Positions 36,939 through 46,984 of a stretch of DNA of 55,344 bases are shown piece after piece. Each line of letters starts with the position of its first letter. Position 1 is the first letter of the stretch. Source of the DNA: Gemmatimonadota bacterium. GTDB taxonomy: Bacteria > Latescibacterota > UBA2968 > UBA8231. The notes beneath the pieces are model-generated. The model searched no databases. It saw only the letters and a list, made by a program, of their open reading frames with translations, and was not told the DNA's origin. The stretch is from the NCBI GenBank assembly GCA_038153405.1, contig JAYOYH010000031.1, positions 1 to 55,344 of the forward strand, in the 5' to 3' direction. The position numbers and the translations under genes were made by a program.

Positions 36939-38905
36939 TTTATGCGTATGACGATTTGCTGTGCACCGACGTTGTCGAGCGCATCCCAGGCCTGCACCGC
37001 AATTACGTGCTCGCCGCTGTCCAGGTTGGAAAGCGTTAGTTCCGCCGTCTCGCGCCGGCTGTCGTAGATGCCATCTTTGGCGCCGATGGGATACTCCTCG
37101 TCGCCGTAGTTGATGCTGTACTGCGCCTTGCGCAGCGCGGATATGCGGTCGCTAATCTCGATCTCGATGCGCACCTGTCCGTCGCCCTCGTCGCGTGCCT
37201 TGAGCTCAATGTGCGGAGGACTGTTATCGATGGCAAACGGTGCGCTAATACGCTCGCTGTGCAGCGCCTCGTGCGGTGGGTTTTCGCCGCGATCTGATGC
37301 GACGAGTTTGAGCTGAGTCCACCCTTCGGGCATTGTCGCCGTATCCCACAGCAGCGACGAGCGCTCTTCGCCATCGTGTGCCTTTTTCCACTGCTGCTGC
37401 CCTTCGCCGCGCAAATAGAGGTCGTAGACCAACTCCTCGTCGTTGGGGTCGCTGGCCTGCCAGCGCAGCAAGTACAGGCTGCGCGCCTGCGGCGGGTTGG
37501 TGCTGCGCTGGTTCTGTGCGGCGGGCGGCTGCTGTTGGTTGGCACCGCGCGCCTGTGGCGTGCGGTAGGGCAGGACTTCCAGCGAGGCAATGTGCGGCGG
37601 CAGGTTGGCGCGCTGGCCGTATAGCGTTAGGTCGGCCAGATGGGCCTCTCGCCCCTTGAGTTCGATCTTATACTGTATGTAGCGGGCCGCCGGACTCTCT
37701 ATAGCAGCACCGCTTTGCTCCCGTGGCGTCGACCAATCGCTCCAAGTGGCGTCGGGCTCGGCGCTGTGGCCGCTGCGCGTTTGTATCTGGACGCCGCTGC
37801 CGCGCCATTCTGCGCGGCCCCACTGCGCGTGTCCGCCAAAGTCTTCGACCTTGGATTCGTAGTGCCCTTGCGATCGGGCCAACCCCAAGCGGCGCAGCTG
37901 GCCAGTATGTGCCGATGCCAGATAGATCGAGCCATCGGCTGCGCGCAGCATGCGATTGGTTTTAAAGTCTTCGCCGTGCGCCAATAGGCTCGGCCGGGCC
38001 ACCGCATCGAGGTGCAAAATGCGTCCGTCATCTGTAGCTACCAGCAGCGCGCCGTCGGCCAGCGCTAGGTCGCGCAGCGGTGCACGGCCTTCTCTCCACC
38101 ACTCGTAGGTGCTGCCGCTGGATTCCGTGCGGTAGAGCGCGGTGCCCTGGTCGCTGCCCTCGCCGCTGATGGCCGCCGCATACAGCACGCCTTCCGCATC
38201 GCCGACCAGCGCGTGAATTTCCTCCTGTGCGGCCTCGAAGAGCAGGCGTCCCTTGCCGTTGCCGACCTGGTAAATACGCCCTTTTTGCGCACTGCCGGCA
38301 TACAGCGTGTCGTCGATAAAGAGCAGGGACATGACGTGGCGGTCGTCGGGAGAAAACACCTCTTCGATCTGCCCATCTGCGGCGATGCGCAGCACCTTGG
38401 CCGGTTCGCCGGTCGCCGCGTGGAGACGACCGCGCCCGTCAAAGGCTAGGTCCCAGACGTAGTGGCTGCCGGTATGCGCCAGCGTAGTGGGCTGGCCGTT
38501 GCGCGGGATTTTGTAGACGATCCCATCCGGCGCGCTGCCGGCGTAGAGCGTTCCGTTCCGGTCGATGGCCAGCGCGTGCAGGGATATCTCCGGCGAGTTA
38601 AAGAGGAGCTGGCTCGCGCCATTTTTGTCGATTGAATAGAGGCGTCCATCGTCGCCCGTTGCTGCGTATATCGTCCCGTCGTCGCCCTGTGCAATATCCC
38701 AAACGCGCTCGGCGTCAAAAGTGGCAAAGCTATCCAGAGCGGCGGCGGGGCGCAGCGTGCCATCGGCCTCGATGGCGATGCCCTGCGCTTTACCTGCTGC
38801 GAATGCCTCGTAGCCAAACTGTCTCCACACCTTGTGTCGCTCGCCGTTGGCTGGAATGGAGCACACGGCCAATAGGAACACGTGCGCGAGGATTGCCTTT
38901 GTCAT
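36935..38905 (-). CDS. Secreted beta-propeller plus Ig/FN3-like hypothetical protein, adjacent to the S55 peptidase
   Basis: Signal peptide; repeated LYA(A/G)(T/S)..G.(I/L)Y blades; WQASDPN; ATGA overlap with ribD. Confidence 0.8.
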   Translation of the reverse strand: MTKAILAHVFLLAVCSIPANGERHKVWRQFGYEAFAAGKAQGIAIEADGTLRPAAALDSFATFDAERVWDIAQGDDGTIYAATGDDGRLYSIDKNGASQLLFNSPEISLHALAIDRNGTLYAGSAPDGIVYKIPRNGQPTTLAHTGSHYVWDLAFDGRGRLHAATGEPAKVLRIAADGQIEEVFSPDDRHVMSLLFIDDTLYAGSAQKGRIYQVGNGKGRLLFEAAQEEIHALVGDAEGVLYAAAISGEGSDQGTALYRTESSGSTYEWWREGRAPLRDLALADGALLVATDDGRILHLDAVARPSLLAHGEDFKTNRMLRAADGSIYLASAHTGQLRRLGLARSQGHYESKVEDFGGHAQWGRAEWRGSGVQIQTRSGHSAEPDATWSDWSTPREQSGAAIESPAARYIQYKIELKGREAHLADLTLYGQRANLPPHIASLEVLPYRTPQARGANQQQPPAAQNQRSTNPPQARSLYLLRWQASDPNDEELVYDLYLRGEGQQQWKKAHDGEERSSLLWDTATMPEGWTQLKLVASDRGENPPHEALHSERISAPFAIDNSPPHIELKARDEGDGQVRIEIEISDRISALRKAQYSINYGDEEYPIGAKDGIYDSRRETAELTLSNLDSGEHVIAVQAWDALDNVGAQQIVIRIK

Positions 38906-38926
38906 GGAATTCAGTCTCTCTGCGGT

Positions 38927-40702
38927 TCAGTGGGTTTCTACAATGGCTTCAACGGTCTGTTCACCGACCAGCGCGTAGGGCACGGTGTGGCGCACGCGTA
39001 GCAAGACGCGCTCGCTGACGGAGCCCAAATAGCCGGAGGACGATTCGCTCTCCAGTACGGCGCGCGCCGACGGTGGCAGCGAGGGAAATTCGCGCCCGTG
39101 CACCGTTAGGCCGGGCTCCGGCAGTAGCACTTCGATCACGAGTTCGTCTGCGCGCCCCGGCATTTGCACCAGGTGCAGCAGGTCGTCGCCGCTGCGCGGC
39201 ACAAAGGCATCGGGTCGGCGCGTGCGCTCGAACTGACGCGCCGATTCGCCGCTGCTGGCGCGCACGAGCAGCGGCCCCGGTGGCGTGCCACGAGGTATGT
39301 CCAACTCCAAGGTGTGCCGAATGGGCGCGCTGCGGTAGGGCTGTAGCGTTACTTCTACTAGGCCGACATGCCCGGCTTTCAGTGCGGCGTTGGGCAAGCG
39401 CATGCCCGTGATCTGCGCCAGCGCCAGGGCCTCGCGCACGTCGGCGGCAAAATGGACCGAGTCGATATCGAGCCCAATAAAAGAACTTTGGGCGATGGAG
39501 GTCAGGGGTTGCACGGCTTCTATCGAGGCGATGAGCGCAGCCGAAGTGCCGCTGTAAAATTGGTCGTACTCGACGCGGCGTCCGTCGCGCAGGGCGACTG
39601 TAGTGCGCAGGGAAAGCGCCGCATCACCGACGAGCTTCTCGGTCGATTCCATCGCCGAAATGAGCACGGAGCGCACTAGGACAGGCAGTAGGTCGCGGTG
39701 TCGCATAACGGCGTATTGAGACCGATGATTACCGTCGCCGGTGGCTAGGTCGACGGCGACGGGCACCATGGCTGGCACCGTTCCGATCAGTCCGCCAATG
39801 CCGGCTTGGCGATCTTGGCGCACGGTGCCAAAGGGCTGCACGGGTCCGCCGAGTTTAAACGAGCTGATTTGGCTGGGAATGATCTGGTGGACGTAGACGC
39901 TGGTCGCAGGCATCTCGGTGGCACCCATGTGCAGCATGGGATGGCCAAAGCCGACAAAGCGCTCGCCGTCGGTCCAGGTCAGCGTGCCGATGGCAGTGGC
40001 GTTGCGGTCGCCGCTGATCAACTGCACGCCCAAACCGGCCCCCGGCTCGATGGTCGGCACCGGTTGGTCTACAGCGGCGCTGCCCGGTCCGAGGGCGGCG
40101 TCCATGCCTAGCGGCGCCAGGGCCTGCTGCAACACGTCGCCGGCCAGTCCGGAAAAGCCGGAAAGCGCCACCGGCGTGGCGAGTCGTTCCAACGTCGCGC
40201 GCCGCGGTATCTGCTCGCCGCTGAGCCATTCGGCTGGTGAGAAGTCGATCGATTGGCGGCCGGGCCCCTCGTTGGCCGAGGCCGTTGCGCGCTGCGTGAC
40301 GTCGACCATGGGCCCTATGGGGGTGATCCCGCCGATCGGGTCTTTGGAATAGGACCAACCGTAGGCAATGGCGCCGACGAGCAGTCCGTCGACGTAGACC
40401 GGACTGCCGCTCATGCCGCGTATAATGCCCGTGTGCTCTAAGTTCGCGCCGGACAGGCGCGCTAGGATCAAGTCGTGTCCCGGGCCGATGCCGTCCGCAA
40501 TGACGCCGAGAATTTCTACGCCAAACGTATCGATCTGCGTGCCCTGAAACACGCTCAGACCATAGCCGCTCATGCCGCGTTTAATCTGGTCTACAGGCAT
40601 GAAATCGCCCTGCGCCGCGCGGGCGTCGGGCACCCAGCACAGCGCACAGAATAGGACTGCGCTGAAAAAGCGGTAAATAGAAGTGCAAGCAGGACTTAGC
40701 AA
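38927..40702 (-). CDS. SpoIVB-like peptidase S55 domain protein
   Basis: GMSGSPVY, GITPI, AIGTLT, GFGHP; signal peptide. Confidence 0.88.
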   Translation of the reverse strand: MLSPACTSIYRFFSAVLFCALCWVPDARAAQGDFMPVDQIKRGMSGYGLSVFQGTQIDTFGVEILGVIADGIGPGHDLILARLSGANLEHTGIIRGMSGSPVYVDGLLVGAIAYGWSYSKDPIGGITPIGPMVDVTQRATASANEGPGRQSIDFSPAEWLSGEQIPRRATLERLATPVALSGFSGLAGDVLQQALAPLGMDAALGPGSAAVDQPVPTIEPGAGLGVQLISGDRNATAIGTLTWTDGERFVGFGHPMLHMGATEMPATSVYVHQIIPSQISSFKLGGPVQPFGTVRQDRQAGIGGLIGTVPAMVPVAVDLATGDGNHRSQYAVMRHRDLLPVLVRSVLISAMESTEKLVGDAALSLRTTVALRDGRRVEYDQFYSGTSAALIASIEAVQPLTSIAQSSFIGLDIDSVHFAADVREALALAQITGMRLPNAALKAGHVGLVEVTLQPYRSAPIRHTLELDIPRGTPPGPLLVRASSGESARQFERTRRPDAFVPRSGDDLLHLVQMPGRADELVIEVLLPEPGLTVHGREFPSLPPSARAVLESESSSGYLGSVSERVLLRVRHTVPYALVGEQTVEAIVETH

Positions 40703-40826
40703 AGCGGCGGCTCTTTCGCAAGAAAAAGGCAGAACCTAGGTAGGATCGGCGCAAAAGTCAAGGAAATGGCAGCGGCTTTGATTGCTGTAAGATTTTGTCT
40801 ATAAATGATTTGCCCACATGTAGCCC

Positions 40827-40854
40827 TTGACAAAAAAGGCCGCTCGGATAATAT
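40827..40854 (+). promoter_or_regulatory. Candidate sigma70 promoter for ftsY, TTGACA-N16-TAATAT
   Basis: Perfect -35 at 40827-40832 in an AT-rich divergent intergenic region. Confidence 0.55.
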
Positions 40855-40947
40855 ACTGTGCCGCGCCAATTTGTCCGTTTGAGGTCGTTTGGCACCGGCT
40901 ACGGCGCTGCTGGGCCGATAGAACAACCACACAGCATACTGCGAGAG

Positions 40948-41889
40948 ATGGCAATGTTAGGTCGTTTTTTCGACAAGATTAAAGCGGGACTCAGCAAGAC
41001 GCGCGATGCCATGCACGACAAGATCGCGGCGGTTGTGCCGATAGGCGGTCGCGTCGATGAGGAAACCTTGGAAGAGCTAGAGGCCATTTTGATTCAGTCG
41101 GACATAGGCCTCGATACCGCTGTCGATATCATTGACCAGTTGCGCAGTGCTGTGCGCGAAAAAAAGGTCAGCGATCAGCAGGGCGTTATGCGGCTGTTGC
41201 AGGAGCAATTGGCCGCGGCGGTGGATCTGGGAGCAGACGGCGCCCTGCCGCTGGGCGACCAACCGCTGCCGTGCACGCCCTTCGTCGTTTTGGTCGTGGG
41301 CGTCAACGGCGCCGGTAAGACGACGACGGTGGGTAAACTGGCCAAGCAGTATGCCGATGCGGGCCGAAAAGTCCTAGTGGCAGCCTGCGATACGTTTCGC
41401 GCGGGTGCGGTGGCGCAGCTAGATGTGTGGGCCGCGCGCGCCGAAGTCGATATTGTGCGCGCGCAGCAGGGGGCTGATCCGGCGGCCGTGGCGTTTGATG
41501 CGCTGGCGGCGGCGCGGCACAGACAGGTCGACGTGCTGCTGGTGGACACGGCCGGGCGCCTGCAGAATAAAGTGAACTTAATGGAAGAGCTGAAAAAAAT
41601 TCGCCGCGCGCTGGCCAAGCAGGACCCACAGGCGCCGCACGAGACGCTGCTTGTGCTCGATGCAACCAACGGGCAGAATGCGCTATCGCAGGCGCGCGAA
41701 TTCAACGATGCGACCGAGTTGACGGGGCTGGTCTTGACCAAGCTAGACGGCACGGCCAAAGGCGGCATTGTCGTAGCGCTGCGCAAGGAGATGGATCTGC
41801 CCGTCAAGCTAATCGGCGTCGGCGAAGGCGCTGACGATCTGCAGCCGTTTGAGGGAGAGGCCTTCGCGCGTGCCCTTTTCGAGCGCTGA
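40948..41889 (+). CDS. ftsY: SRP receptor FtsY
   Basis: GLSKTR, GVNGAGKTTT, DTFRA, DTAGR, TKLDGTAKGG. Start at ATG 40948 or 40954. Confidence 0.96.
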   Translation: MAMLGRFFDKIKAGLSKTRDAMHDKIAAVVPIGGRVDEETLEELEAILIQSDIGLDTAVDIIDQLRSAVREKKVSDQQGVMRLLQEQLAAAVDLGADGALPLGDQPLPCTPFVVLVVGVNGAGKTTTVGKLAKQYADAGRKVLVAACDTFRAGAVAQLDVWAARAEVDIVRAQQGADPAAVAFDALAAARHRQVDVLLVDTAGRLQNKVNLMEELKKIRRALAKQDPQAPHETLLVLDATNGQNALSQAREFNDATELTGLVLTKLDGTAKGGIVVALRKEMDLPVKLIGVGEGADDLQPFEGEAFARALFER

Positions 41890-41891
41890 GA

Positions 41892-42290
41892 CTAGGCCTT
41901 GGGCTGCGGCTTGTAGGCCGTGCACTCCACTTCGATTAGCACGCCCGGATAGAGCCCCGACTGCGTGGTGATGCGCGTCGGTCGCGGCTGCCAGTCAAAA
42001 ATGACTGCGAAGGTCGCGCTAAAGCGCTGAAAGTCCTCGATGTCAGCCAAGTGCACGGCCACGCGGCATATGTCGCGCAGGTCGGCGTCGGCGTGGGCGA
42101 GGATGCGTCCGATCTTGGCAAAGACGAATTCGGTCTGCTCCTCAATGGTTGCTCCCTGCAGCTGGCCGGTCTGTTCGTCTTCGGCTGCTACGCCGGCTAC
42201 AAAGACGAAGTCGCCGGCTCGCACGGCTTCTGAATAGGGCCAGCCGTCGTGCGCGGGATTGCCCGTTATTACTTCGCTAAAATGGCTCAT
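41892..42290 (-). CDS. RidA/YjgF/UK114 family protein
   Basis: PYSEAV..GDFVFVAG, PTR, LIEVECTA. Confidence 0.9.
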   Translation of the reverse strand: MSHFSEVITGNPAHDGWPYSEAVRAGDFVFVAGVAAEDEQTGQLQGATIEEQTEFVFAKIGRILAHADADLRDICRVAVHLADIEDFQRFSATFAVIFDWQPRPTRITTQSGLYPGVLIEVECTAYKPQPKA

Positions 42291-42314
42291 ATCGTCTCGT
42301 TTTTTTCGTCTGTA

Positions 42315-43361
42315 TCACTTCCACGAAAAGCCCGGTCCCTGCGGTATCTGCACGTGGCCGTCGTCTAGCTTGAGCGGCGAGTCGTCGGAAAGTAACCCCG
42401 TTTCCAAATAGAGCGCATTGGGCAGGCACGCCATCACGTTGAGCTGCACGGGGCCGCCGCCGTGCGAGGCGTAGGGAATGCGAAACGCATCGGCCATATA
42501 GCCCACCTGCAGCAGGGCCGTCGGCCCGCCGGCGCGGCGCAGGTCGGGCTGGACGATATCCACGGCTTCGCGCTTGAAAAAGCGCGCAAATTCAGCGGCA
42601 CTGTAGAGGTTTTCGCCGGTGGCAATGGGTATGTCGAGGGCGCGCACGAGCGCGGCGTAGCCGTCGATATCGTCGGCGGCTATGGGCTCTTCCCACCACA
42701 GGCAGCCCAGCCGCTCGAAGGCGCGCCCGCGGCGAATGGCCTCGGCCGTCGTCAACGACTGGTTGGCGTCGACCATGATGTCGATCTGGTCGCCGACGGC
42801 TGCGCGCACCGTTTCGATGCGTCGCACGTCTTGGCGCAGCGTCGGGTAACCCACTTTGATTTTGACGGCGCGAAACCCCTGTGCCACGGCGCGCGCGCAG
42901 ATCGCCCGCACTTCGGCGTCGTCGTAGTTGAGCCAGCCGACCATGGCATAGGCGCGCACCGTAGTATGGGCACCGCCCCACAGCTGCCAGCAGGGCACGC
43001 CGCGCGCGTTGCCCAAACAGTCCCACAGTGCCGTATCGACGGCGGCCATGCCTATGGTGGCCAGTCCCTGCGTGCCGTGGTATTCCGTTTCGCGGCGCAT
43101 TTCGACGTGCAGCTGGCGCACCATGGACGGGTCGCGACCGACGATGAGCGGTTTGAGTTCGTGCTCGATAAGAGCGGCTAGCGCGTCGGGTGCACCCCCA
43201 ATGCGGCCAAATGAGGCGTCGCCCCGGCCGCCCACTCCTTCGTCCGTAATGATAGACACGGAAACCGAGCCGGAGCCGGGCAGCGACTGCAGCGCATCGC
43301 GCTTGGGCTGTGGGCTGGGCTGCTGGCGATGGATTTCCACGCTGAGATCGACGATCTGCAT
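42315..43361 (-). CDS. Mandelate racemase/muconate lactonizing (enolase superfamily) enzyme
   Basis: DTALWD, KIKVG, VDAN, WEEP, TGEN, SH. Start MQIVDL at 43361. Confidence 0.92.
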   Translation of the reverse strand: MQIVDLSVEIHRQQPSPQPKRDALQSLPGSGSVSVSIITDEGVGGRGDASFGRIGGAPDALAALIEHELKPLIVGRDPSMVRQLHVEMRRETEYHGTQGLATIGMAAVDTALWDCLGNARGVPCWQLWGGAHTTVRAYAMVGWLNYDDAEVRAICARAVAQGFRAVKIKVGYPTLRQDVRRIETVRAAVGDQIDIMVDANQSLTTAEAIRRGRAFERLGCLWWEEPIAADDIDGYAALVRALDIPIATGENLYSAAEFARFFKREAVDIVQPDLRRAGGPTALLQVGYMADAFRIPYASHGGGPVQLNVMACLPNALYLETGLLSDDSPLKLDDGHVQIPQGPGFSWK

Positions 43362-43366
43362 GCTAT

Positions 43367-44839
43367 TTACCCCATCGCCTTTCCGTAGAATGACTGCATG
43401 TCGCGTGCAAAGGCTTTGCGCGAGCGCTCCCACGAATAGAACATGTGGCCGCCGTCGTAGTGGCTGATGTGCAGATTGGGTTTGAGCGACTCGTCGAGCT
43501 TCATATGCTGGACGATGCGGTTGGAAGAAAAGTAGGGCGTGACCATGTCAAAGTGTCCGTGGCTGATGGCCACCTGCATATGCGGATTGAGCACCATGCC
43601 GTAGCGCAGGTCGTCCATCGCACCGACCTGCTGGCGAATAAAGCGCTCGTTCTTTGCTTTCCAGTGCCGGTGCACTTCGCCGCTGAGCAGCTCGTACTCG
43701 AGTTCGGTATCGATGCCTAGGTGCTGGCGCAGCTGTGCGTTGATACCGGCGCGAAATAGGCGATCGATTGCAGCCAGCGTCGGGTCGGGTCCCTCGTAGG
43801 AAATGCGGTCGGGAAAAGGGTCGACCGCGGTAAGCGACGCGTCGTATAGACCGCAGTAGCGGCGCTGGTCGCGCAGCAGCTCCCGCGCGAAAACGACGCG
43901 GTTTATACGCCCTCCGGCTCGGTCGATGAGTGCCTCGTCCAAGCCGAGTAGGCGCGCTAATTGGCCAATGGTGCGCCGGCGCTGGGCAGCGGGCATGGAA
44001 GCGCCGCGCGCCAGCAGGTGCAGATAGTCACCCTGGGCAAAGTCCTCGGCTAAACGCCGGCACTCTGCGGCACTTTTTCCGCGTGCGCGCCCGTGGTGAA
44101 AGGCGACTCCAGCCATGGTAGGCAGCAGCTCGACCCAGTGCATGAGGTCGTAGTCGGAGCCGAGGATGGAGGCAAATTCAATGGCGGGCGAGATGAGAAT
44201 GGCGCCGTTGAGACCGATGCCGTAGCGCTCCTGTACGAGGCGCGCTAGCTTGGCGACGCGAAAGCCGCCGTAGCTCTCGCCGGCGATAAATACGGGAGCG
44301 GTCCAGCGCTGGTGCTGCGAGAGAAATTGCTGCATGAATTCGCCGAGCGATTCGAGGTCGCGTTCGACCTCCCAAAACTCGGTATTCTCCTTTGGCTCTT
44401 CGCTGGAGTCTTTCTCCTCGCCTTTTTTGCACTGCAAAATCGTCCGGCTGAACCCGGTGCCGATGGGGTCGACAAAAACCAGGTCGGTAAAGGGCAGCCA
44501 GCTCTCCCGGTTTTCCGTCAGCTGTGTCGGAGGAGGCGGCAGCGAGCCGTCCTCGTTGAATACGACGCGATGCGGTCCTAAGGCGCCCATGTGTAAATAG
44601 GCAGAGGCGGCTCCTGGTCCACCGTTGAAGACAAAGGTGATGGGCCGCGGTGTGCGCCTGCGCGTCTTGGCGATATAGGCGGCGTGAAAAAGGCGGGCAA
44701 TGGGCTTTTCGCGCCTGCGCAGCAGCGTCCAGTCGGCCATGGCCTCATACTCCATGACGCGTTTGCGTCCGAGAGAGAAGGCGTGGCGGGTGCGCTTTCC
44801 CCTATACACTACACCATCGTCGTTGTCTTCTTCGGCCAT
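43367..44839 (-). CDS. S10 serine carboxypeptidase family protein
   Basis: FNGGPG, DPIGTGFS, GESYGG, GGHMFY. Confidence 0.93.
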   Translation of the reverse strand: MAEEDNDDGVVYRGKRTRHAFSLGRKRVMEYEAMADWTLLRRREKPIARLFHAAYIAKTRRRTPRPITFVFNGGPGAASAYLHMGALGPHRVVFNEDGSLPPPPTQLTENRESWLPFTDLVFVDPIGTGFSRTILQCKKGEEKDSSEEPKENTEFWEVERDLESLGEFMQQFLSQHQRWTAPVFIAGESYGGFRVAKLARLVQERYGIGLNGAILISPAIEFASILGSDYDLMHWVELLPTMAGVAFHHGRARGKSAAECRRLAEDFAQGDYLHLLARGASMPAAQRRRTIGQLARLLGLDEALIDRAGGRINRVVFARELLRDQRRYCGLYDASLTAVDPFPDRISYEGPDPTLAAIDRLFRAGINAQLRQHLGIDTELEYELLSGEVHRHWKAKNERFIRQQVGAMDDLRYGMVLNPHMQVAISHGHFDMVTPYFSSNRIVQHMKLDESLKPNLHISHYDGGHMFYSWERSRKAFARDMQSFYGKAMG

Positions 44840-44951
44840 AGCAAACTCCGGCTTGCCTGTGAAATGTGGTCTTGTCTATTTTAACAACTCCGCATGTGCA
44901 GTTCCAATCGAGCTATTACTGAACGCCAAACCATACGACGAAAGAGGTGCT

Positions 44952-45473
44952 TTGGACTCTCTTCTATCTATACTGCAGAAACTATTTATCTTCCGCGACT
45001 GCAAGGCAGCGCAGGTGCGGGAAGTAGTGAAAATCTGCGTATCGCATTCGTTTAAAGAAGGCGATACGATTTGTAGAGAAGGCGAAGAGAGCGAGAGCAT
45101 GTTCGTCGTCCTCGCCGGCACGGTGGAAATCCATACGGAGGGCGGCATGCTATTGCTGTCGGAAACGGCCGTGAGCAGCATCGGTGAAGCGGGCATGCTG
45201 ACGGGCGAACCACGCTCGGCCACGGTGGTCGCCCAAACGGAAGTGAAGGCGCTGGTGATCAATCGTCGCACCCTAATGCCCAAGTTCAACAGCGATCCGC
45301 TATTGGCTAGTTTGATCTATCGCAATGTGCTCTTTATGGTGCGCGGCAAGCTAATCGCTTCTAACCAGCGCATTAGCCAACTGCTGCGCGATGCGGCAGA
45401 AGACGATGACTATGTAGAGTCTTCCGACGAGTCGGCCAATGAAGCGTCGGCCGATGGAGAGGGTGCGCAATGA
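44952..45473 (+). CDS. Stand-alone cyclic nucleotide-binding domain protein
   Basis: REGE..SMFVVLAG.V, IGE..L..EPRSATV. TTG start follows AGAGG; acidic tail and no HTH. Confidence 0.85.
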   Translation: MDSLLSILQKLFIFRDCKAAQVREVVKICVSHSFKEGDTICREGEESESMFVVLAGTVEIHTEGGMLLLSETAVSSIGEAGMLTGEPRSATVVAQTEVKALVINRRTLMPKFNSDPLLASLIYRNVLFMVRGKLIASNQRISQLLRDAAEDDDYVESSDESANEASADGEGAQ

Positions 45474-46984
45474 GTACGGCACCGGCGCAGCGCCCCAACA
45501 TTATCCTGATCATGACCGATCAACAGCGCTTTGACACCATCGGCGCGTGGGGCTATGAGCACATGGTTACTCCGGCGATGGATCGCTTGGTCGCCGAAGG
45601 ACTCTCCTTTCGCAGCGCCTATTGCCCGGGTGCGACCTGTGTTGCTTCGCGCGCGGCGACGTTCACGGGCATGTATCCGCACAATACGGGCACGTATTCG
45701 TTCGATCCATGGGGCGCCCACCGAAACTGGGTGCAAGACCTCAACGAGAGCGGCTATCACTGCGTCAATATCGGCAAGATGCACTTTACACCGCGCGATG
45801 TGGCGGGCGGTTTTCACGAGCGCGTGATCGTGGAAAACCCCACCAACAAGACCCTCGACAGCGGCGGGGCCGACGACGATTGGGGCCGCTTTATGCGCAT
45901 CCACGGCGTGCAGCGTCCCAACGACCGCAACAAGACCGACCCCGACTGGCTGAAAAAGTATCAGGGTGTGCCGTGGCACCTAGACGAGAAGTTTCACAGC
46001 GACGTATTTATCGGCGACTCGGCGCTGGCGTGGATCCGCGACTACAGCGGTAAACAGCCCTTCTTTTTGCAGGTCGGCTTCACCGGACCGCACGAGCCGT
46101 GGGACCCACTGCAGCGCCACTTGGCCCTGTACGAGGGGCGCGATTTGCCGCGGCGGGTGATGCGCGAGGGCGAACTGGACGAAAAGCCGCCCCAGCACAA
46201 GGCCCATCGGCATATGCACGCGACGACGGGACACGAGTCGGTCATCGATATGTACTCGCCGACGGATGAGGACATCGATCGCATGCGCCGCCACTACTAC
46301 GCCAAGATCACGACCGTCGACGAAAAGTTGGGTCAGGTACTCGATGGGTTGGAGCAGATGGGCCACCTCGAAAACAGCCTGCTGATCTTTTGTTCGGACC
46401 ATGGCGAGCTGCTCGGCGATCACTGGATGGCCTACAAGTGGCTGATGTACGATCCCATCGTGCACGTGCCGATGATCGTGCGCGACGGCCGGCGCGTGGC
46501 CGAAATGGGCGGTCAGCACACGGAGGATCTGGCCTCGCTGATGGATATTGGTCCGACCGTGCTGCAGGCGGCCTGTCTCGACGTGCCTACCTATCTGGAG
46601 GGGCGTCCACTGCAACCGTACTGGGAGGGCAGAGACGCAGCATTCGCGCCGCGCGCGTGGGTGTTTTGCGAGGATAACTACCAGATTATGATGCGCGGAC
46701 AACGGCACAAGCTGGTCTACTACATCGGTCAGGAAGCCGGCGAGCTCTACGACCTACAGGAAGATCCGCACGAGCTGTATAACCTGTGGGATCGTCCAGA
46801 ATGCGCTGCGCTGCGCGCCGAGCTGAAAGACCGCCTGCTGTCGTGGCTGGCCACTAGCACGTACTACAACGCCGGCTATAAGCGGACGCGCAGCCGGCAC
46901 TACAAGATGCGCTGGCCGCGCGAAGACGATCCCTATTTGCACGGGGGGCCGTCGCGTCCGATCGACCGCCCGGTCGATCTATAA
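45470..46984 (+). CDS. Formylglycine-dependent (S1) sulfatase
   Basis: PNIILIMTDQQR, CVASRA..TG, GKMH, PH.P, SDHG. Confidence 0.94.
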   Translation: MSTAPAQRPNIILIMTDQQRFDTIGAWGYEHMVTPAMDRLVAEGLSFRSAYCPGATCVASRAATFTGMYPHNTGTYSFDPWGAHRNWVQDLNESGYHCVNIGKMHFTPRDVAGGFHERVIVENPTNKTLDSGGADDDWGRFMRIHGVQRPNDRNKTDPDWLKKYQGVPWHLDEKFHSDVFIGDSALAWIRDYSGKQPFFLQVGFTGPHEPWDPLQRHLALYEGRDLPRRVMREGELDEKPPQHKAHRHMHATTGHESVIDMYSPTDEDIDRMRRHYYAKITTVDEKLGQVLDGLEQMGHLENSLLIFCSDHGELLGDHWMAYKWLMYDPIVHVPMIVRDGRRVAEMGGQHTEDLASLMDIGPTVLQAACLDVPTYLEGRPLQPYWEGRDAAFAPRAWVFCEDNYQIMMRGQRHKLVYYIGQEAGELYDLQEDPHELYNLWDRPECAALRAELKDRLLSWLATSTYYNAGYKRTRSRHYKMRWPREDDPYLHGGPSRPIDRPVDL

